Part shown: piece by piece, positions 58,465-64,000 of the stretch
Layout of the letters: every line of letters starts with the position of its first letter
Numbering within the stretch: position 1 is the first letter of the stretch
From: Trichodelitschia bisporula
Lineage: Eukaryota
Reading direction: 5' to 3'
DNA length: 64,000 nt
Assembly: GCA_010356995.1 (NCBI GenBank)
Contig: ML996697.1
Coordinates: forward strand, 853,793-917,792
The notes under the pieces: generated by a model
The model's database searches: none
The model's input: only the letters and a program-made list of their open reading frames with translations
Told to the model about the DNA's origin: nothing
Translations under genes and position numbers: made by a program

Positions 58465-60116
58465 AGGAGTTTGCGCTCTCTTTTTGCTGGCTGAGGATTG
58501 TGGGGTGGCTCGGGTGCGGGGAGGCGAAGCCGAGGCGGGAGACGTTACGGCCCGAGTTCGCAACGGCGTGTTCCGAAGGATGCTATAGGAATTTTTTTTT
58601 TCATCTGAGCAGAGGAAGCATAGAACTCGGAGTAATGACATGACGAGTTAGAGGCCTGATACTCTCCTTTAAAGGTCAAAAAAATTACAGGATCGCAGAG
58701 TTGTTGCGGATGTTTTTACCGACTAGAAGTTCCATTGAATGCTAGCCATTGTGAGGAGCGGTGGAAGTCTGACGTAAAGTTCATGAAGCCTATGAAGACA
58801 AGGCTGTATGCTCTCAGACATGGGCCATGCGATCCAAGATGATTTCATATCAGACTTCGCAGGTTGGTTAAGCGCACAGCAACATTTGCTGGCTTTCTGG
58901 CAATGGGCACCACGTCGACGGGTACTTCCAAGCACGTACAAAGTGCTTCACCACCTGACCTTTGGTTTTGCCAACTACGTAAGGATGTAAGCATCATCAT
59001 CAAGCACATGCGGCCATAGGTCGCATACCGTTAACTACGGCACTCTTCAGTCTCTGAGCTCAATGAGGAAAGTGCTAAATCTGGACTAGTTTGTCATCTT
59101 AGGCAACCAATACCTCTCTCCGACTTTGCCGCCAAATTCAGCGCTAGATTTCCTACAATTGAAATGTAAATTACTGACGCACTAAGACATTTTGGACGGG
59201 CAGTAATGTGCTCGTCCTGCCTCCGTATAAAACCACCACCAGCCCGCTTCCTGTCTTCGACCTGCCGCCGGTTCCCCTTCACATCGCCTCCCGTCCTGCG
59301 CCGCCATTCAATTTCAACGCCGCGTCCGCCTCCCTACCCATTACTTTCAGTCCTATCCTATCACGCCTCTCCCTTCGCCTTCCCCGCCCGCCGCAACAGC
59401 TTAGCTCCGCAGCGACGTACTCCGTCCTCTTGCCCTCTCGCTTTCCTCATGGGACGCACACATCGCCTCCTGCTTCCATGTGCCGACTGTACCGCAATGC
59501 GCATAAGCCGACGCATCCGTGCTGATCAGTCAGGAGATGGTTTGAGCAGCGTTCCACACCCAATTCCTCTGTCGGGATAACACCACGCTGGCCTTCAAGG
59601 TGGATTTGCATTGACGTTGACCATAATAGGAGACCCGAACATGAAGGTGATACTCACGCCTCGCCTCGTCTGACAAAATGAGTTCGCCGCCCCGACAATG
59701 CGAGTGCGTCCCTTCGCTTGCGTGAGTGATGGATGAACCGCGCTCAGCAACCGCTACCCCTTCATCCGCCGTCAAGGGATGCTTTGAGCGGCGGCGCCTC
59801 CCCATTATTGATGGATACCCGCCTGATGATGCGAGTGCGCTCCTTCGCGGGGAGGCGTCGACGTGATGAACCGCGCCCCAGCAGCCGCTCCTCCCTTTAT
59901 CCATCCTGTGACACCTCGCCGCTCGGGGGTTGTAGGCATTGCAATCAGCCCCCACATTAAGGCTAGCCAGAGCCCACAAAGATCCAAAGCACGACGCGAA
60001 CCTACCTTGCAAAAGCTGCACGAAGGAGACATTTGCAGAGTGCGACAGGATCTGATATCCCGCCCCCTAGGTTTTTCATTCTCTCCGCTAATATTCTGGC
60101 CAAAGACCGTGATGCC

Positions 60117-60856
60117 ATGTCGGCTGGGATATACAAATGCTCGCAATGCCCCAAGACGCACACGCGTCCGTGGAATGCCCGCGACCACGAAGCGACTCAT
60201 CGAGGAAGGTTCGCCCACCCTTGCATGCGCGAAGGATGCAACAAGAAATACGGCCGGCGGGATCACCTTGCTCGGCATGTAAACACGGCGCATAAGCGGG
60301 TACGCCCTCGGAACACCCGCAGAGAAAAGGCGCCGCGGTCAGCAACGGAAAGGGCTCGGGCCGTGACAGCAGCGGCAACGACCACGACATCAGCAACAAC
60401 TCGAGGGGCCAAAACCTAGGCAGCTCAGACGCGGAGCACAAAGCGCCGGACTCCACGGGCAGAGAAGCATACGTTTAGGGTGTTGCTTTGCGTCCCGGAC
60501 GAGGCTCTTGTTATCTTGTTGACATCTATGTTCATCCCGAGACGGACGGGGTGGCTGACGCTTCTGCCCCCGAGGCGCTGTACATCTGCCAGTTTCCCGG
60601 CTGCGGGAGTGGTTATTCATGGTCGAAAAGCTTTACCCGACATCAGCGCACTCACGCCGGGGAGAGGCCGTACCCTTGCAGCGTTGCCAACTGCGGCATG
60701 GCCGTTTCACGGTCGGACACCTTGATGGACCACCAGCGCACCCATACCGGGGAAAAGCCGTTTGCCTGTGAATGTGGCCAGAAATTTTCCCAACATGGGA
60801 ACCTCGCCATCCACAAGCGCAGTTGTCCCCAACTCAGTGACGCTAACTCGCGATGA
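60117..60856 (+). CDS. C2H2 zinc-finger transcription factor with about 5 fingers (the last C2HC); 5' exons and the exact middle intron are uncertain
   Basis: Fingers CSQC..HEATH, CMREGC..HVNTAH, CQFPGC..HQRTH, CSVANC..HQRTH and CEC..HKRSC, with linkers AGERPY and TGEKPF. Likely phase-0 intron at about 60300-60541. Confidence 0.78.
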
Positions 60857-62171
60857 AAATTCAATATGTCATAGGCGGTTGACAGGGCAATCCGGCTCCT
60901 GTTCGAGTTATGCGCGTTTCTTTGGTGACTCAGGTGGGGGTCGTCTTGATAGCGCAGGCGGGTTTCCTGGTCGACAAATTTACGTCACGGGCTTCAGCAG
61001 GAGGCCATTATTTTCAATTTTATTTTGTCCGTTTTGACTCTCATGGTTCGAAAGCTCTTGTCATTCTAGCGAACATGCTCATTCTTCCATGCCAAAACCT
61101 TTTCTAATCAAGCCAAAGTCAATACACGAATACGAGGAATGGGTGTCCTGACTGTTGAAAGGTGATGTGTGATCAATGGAAGCTAATACCTTCCTCCGTC
61201 TTGCCGCCAACCCCAGCGCCAGATTTCCTTCAATTGGAAATTACTGACGCGCTAAGAGATTTTGGATGGGCAGCAACATGTGCTCGTCCTGCCCTCCGCA
61301 TTGAACAACAACGCCTCCCTCAAATCGCCCCGTCTTCGGCCTGTCGCCGGTTCCCTTCTCCAGAACTGACCCTGCAAGCGAAGTATCATGAGTATCGGGA
61401 GGGTCATATCTCAATCAAGCGGGGGCACCAGTTGGGACCCCTGTTCCGTCTCCGCAGCGTCACCTCTGCCTGAACGTGACTCAAGCAACGCTACCCCGCA
61501 CTCCGGTTCTCCGAGTGGGGTGGCTAGCGGGCTAAGTGCGGGGTTGTACCGTTGTGGGGGAAGGGAAGACAAGTTGAGGCAGTGGCGGGGGTGGCGCAGG
61601 TGGGCGGAGGTGGCGGGTGGGGAGGTGGTGGCGCGGGTGGAGGTGGTGGCGTGGGTGGAGGTGGCGGCGTGGGTGGAGGTGGCGCTCAAAAATTATGCTC
61701 TCTGTGTAGGGTCTCAGATGACATACACAGGATTATCAGCCTAGCATCCTAACATAGCTTCACGTCTTTATCAATGGAGGCTAATGAGAGGACATAGTGT
61801 ACGTGACCGTCTCCCATTTCCGGCTTGGACCAGGTTGAGCTAGGGCCTGGTCCCGTCTTCATCAACGCTCTGCTCGACACAAGAGCTGGGAGTGGCAAAC
61901 ATTGAACACAGCCACCACATTCCATCATATCTTCTCGGTGCACTGGAGGAATGGTTAATTCCAGATATTTCCAGATCCCCAATGCATTGAAGCCATTACA
62001 TCACTGATGTGGCGACATTTTTGTACGCCACTGTTACCATTCGCTATTGGAGTGCTTGATTTCAAAGCTGTGCCATTCCCATTTGTAATCCTTTGCCAAT
62101 TTCACTTTCAAAAAGGTATAAAAGGGCTAGGACCGCAACGGAGGGGGGTGGGGACGAGGTTAAGAGAAACT

Positions 62172-64000
62172 TTAGCAAATGAATTCCATGATCAGCACCC
62201 GGCCAGACGGACATCCCCAGCCTACCTTACCCTCGTGGACAGCAGCGCCAAATTTCGAACTGCGATACTCGGCTGGAAGCCAAAGAAGCTTTTCCGTGCC
62301 TATGGCTACCCATTGCTCCTGGAAAATTATGGACCGTGGAAGATTCGATGCCGACGCCAGCTGGTTGCCGTCCGGCGAGAAGGCCACGGCCCTGAACGGA
62401 CCCGAATGGCCCTTGAGCTCCTGCAGCGCCTTTCCCGACCCGGCGTCCCACAGCCTGNNNNNNNNNNNNNNNNNNNNNNNNNNNNNNNNNNNNNNNNNNN
62501 NNNNNNNNNNNNNNNNNNNNNNNNNNNNNNNNNNNNNNNNNNNNNNNNNNNNNNNNNNNNNNNNNNNNNNNNNNNNNNNNNNNNNNNNNNNNNNNNNNNN
62601 NNNNNNNNNNNNNNNNNNNNNNNNNNNNNNNNNNNNNNNNNNNNNNNNNNNNNNNNNNNNNNNNNNNNNNNNNNNNNNNNNNNNNNNNNNNNNNNNNNNN
62701 NNNNNNNNNNNNNNNNNNNNNNNNNNNNNNNNNNNNNNNNNNNNNNNNNNNNNNNNNNNNNNNNNNNNNNNNNNNNNNNNNNNNNNNNNNNNNNNNNNNN
62801 NNNNNNNNNNNNNNNNNNNNNNNNNNNNNNNNNNNNNNNNNNNNNNNNNNNNNNNNNNNNNNNNNNNNNNNNNNNNNNNNNNNNNNNNNNNNNNNNNNNN
62901 NNNNNNNNNNNNNNNNNNNNNNNNNNNNNNNNNNNNNNNNNNNNNNNNNNNNNNNNNNNNNNNNNNNNNNNNNNNNNNNNNNNNNNNNNNNNNNNNNNNN
63001 NNNNNNNNNNNNNNNNNNNNNNNNNNNNNNNNNNNNNNNNNNNNNNNNNNNNNNNNNNNNNNNNNNNNNNNNNNNNNNNNNNNNNNNNNNNNNNNNNNNN
63101 NNNNNNNNNNNNNNNNNNNNNNNNNNNNNNNNNNNNNNNNNNNNNNNNNNNNNNNNNNNNNNNNNNNNNNNNNNNNNNNNNNNNNNNNNNNNNNNNNNNN
63201 NNNNNNNNNNNNNNNNNNNNNNNNNNNNNNNNNNNNNNNNNNNNNNNNNNNNNNNNNNNNNNNNNNNNNNNNNNNNNNNNNNNNNNNNNNNNNNNNNNNN
63301 NNNNGATGCCGACGCCAGCTGCTTGCCGTCCGGCGAGAAGGCCACGACCCTGACCGCACCCGAATGGCCCTCGAGCGTCTGCAGCGCCGCATCCCACGTA
63401 TCTTGCATGTTAGGTTGGAAGAGTATCCAGTCGGGTATCTGCATCTGGAATTGCTTTCGAATGATACTCATTTCCGGAGCAAAGATGAGTGCAGAAATGT
63501 ATGTTTGCAGCGGCGCGTGCTCGATAATCCACCGGTTCTTTAGGAGAAATCTCTTTGCGTCGAAAAGAAAACTCTGGAGTTCGGTATTTTTGCCGCTCTC
63601 GGCCTATTGCGTTAGCTAACTTTTGAGCAAAAAATTGCGGCTCTCATACCGAAAATAGCGACTGCAGTGTGTTAACTGCATTGACCGACTCCGTCATTCT
63701 CTCAATGAGGCCCATGGCTTCGAGCCAATGCAAAAAATGCTCCTTCAGGAAGACCTGCACTGCGTCTTGGTAGAGCAAAGGTTCTTTGCTGTTCTCAAGA
63801 TGGTGCACCCAGTACTGGCAGGCGTACTGGACTTCGGCTGGCAAGTACATTTTTATTGTTTTATCGCTGATTTCGGCCCGCAGTTTTCCAGGATCTTGGA
63901 TTCCGATGCTGCAGATGTCGTTTTTGAGGCCTTTAGACATGAGCTGGAGACATTTGATGGCAACCTTTCCATGCATTTCGTGCTCATCCACCCAAAATTC
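62172..64000 (-). CDS. 3' part of a NACHT-WD40 NLR-like protein (HET-E/NWD family); 5' end outside the window, WD repeats in an N gap at 62458-63304
   Basis: Post-NACHT helical motifs YACQYWVHHL and FLKEHFLHWLEAMGL, then APLQTYISALIFAP. WD repeats LQTLEGHSGAVRVVAFSPDGKQLASA and RLWDAGSGKALQELKGHS. Terminal LLWLPAEYR. 46-nt intron at 63604-63649. Confidence 0.9.

Noticed and set aside
62007..63543. Long ORFs spanning X runs
   Set aside because: Artefacts of the N gap. Only the minus-strand WD40 frames are meaningful.

Overview
This is a GC-rich, intron-containing genomic window from a filamentous ascomycete (Pezizomycotina-like; introns mostly 43-68 nt with CTAAC/CTGAC branch points). The conserved genes are a SAP-domain Tho1-like protein, a ferroportin-like transporter, a phenylalanine/tyrosine ammonia-lyase, a long protein with a C-terminal methyltransferase-like domain, GUF1, MAD2, eIF3a, a G-protein gamma subunit, a DUF1932-type NAD(P)-binding dehydrogenase, CCT3, tRNA-Ala(AGC), a C2H2 zinc-finger gene and the 3' part of a NACHT-WD40 (HET-E/NWD-like) NLR whose WD repeats lie in an assembly gap. 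The most unusual part is an apparently lineage-specific island at about 31.3-45.7 kb. It holds three tandem small helical proteins, an F-box gene, and a tandemly expanded family of four GAT-domain-derived proteins plus one relic. The family shares an N-terminal AR[EN]xPLP motif, three members carry PPxY-like motifs, and each has its own C-terminal membrane anchor. Other notable items are a head-to-head pair of paralogous secreted proteins, dense AGGCA-motif clusters in three promoters, a fold-back Copia relic and a GC-AG intron. All family assignments come from motif recognition by eye, not from database searches.
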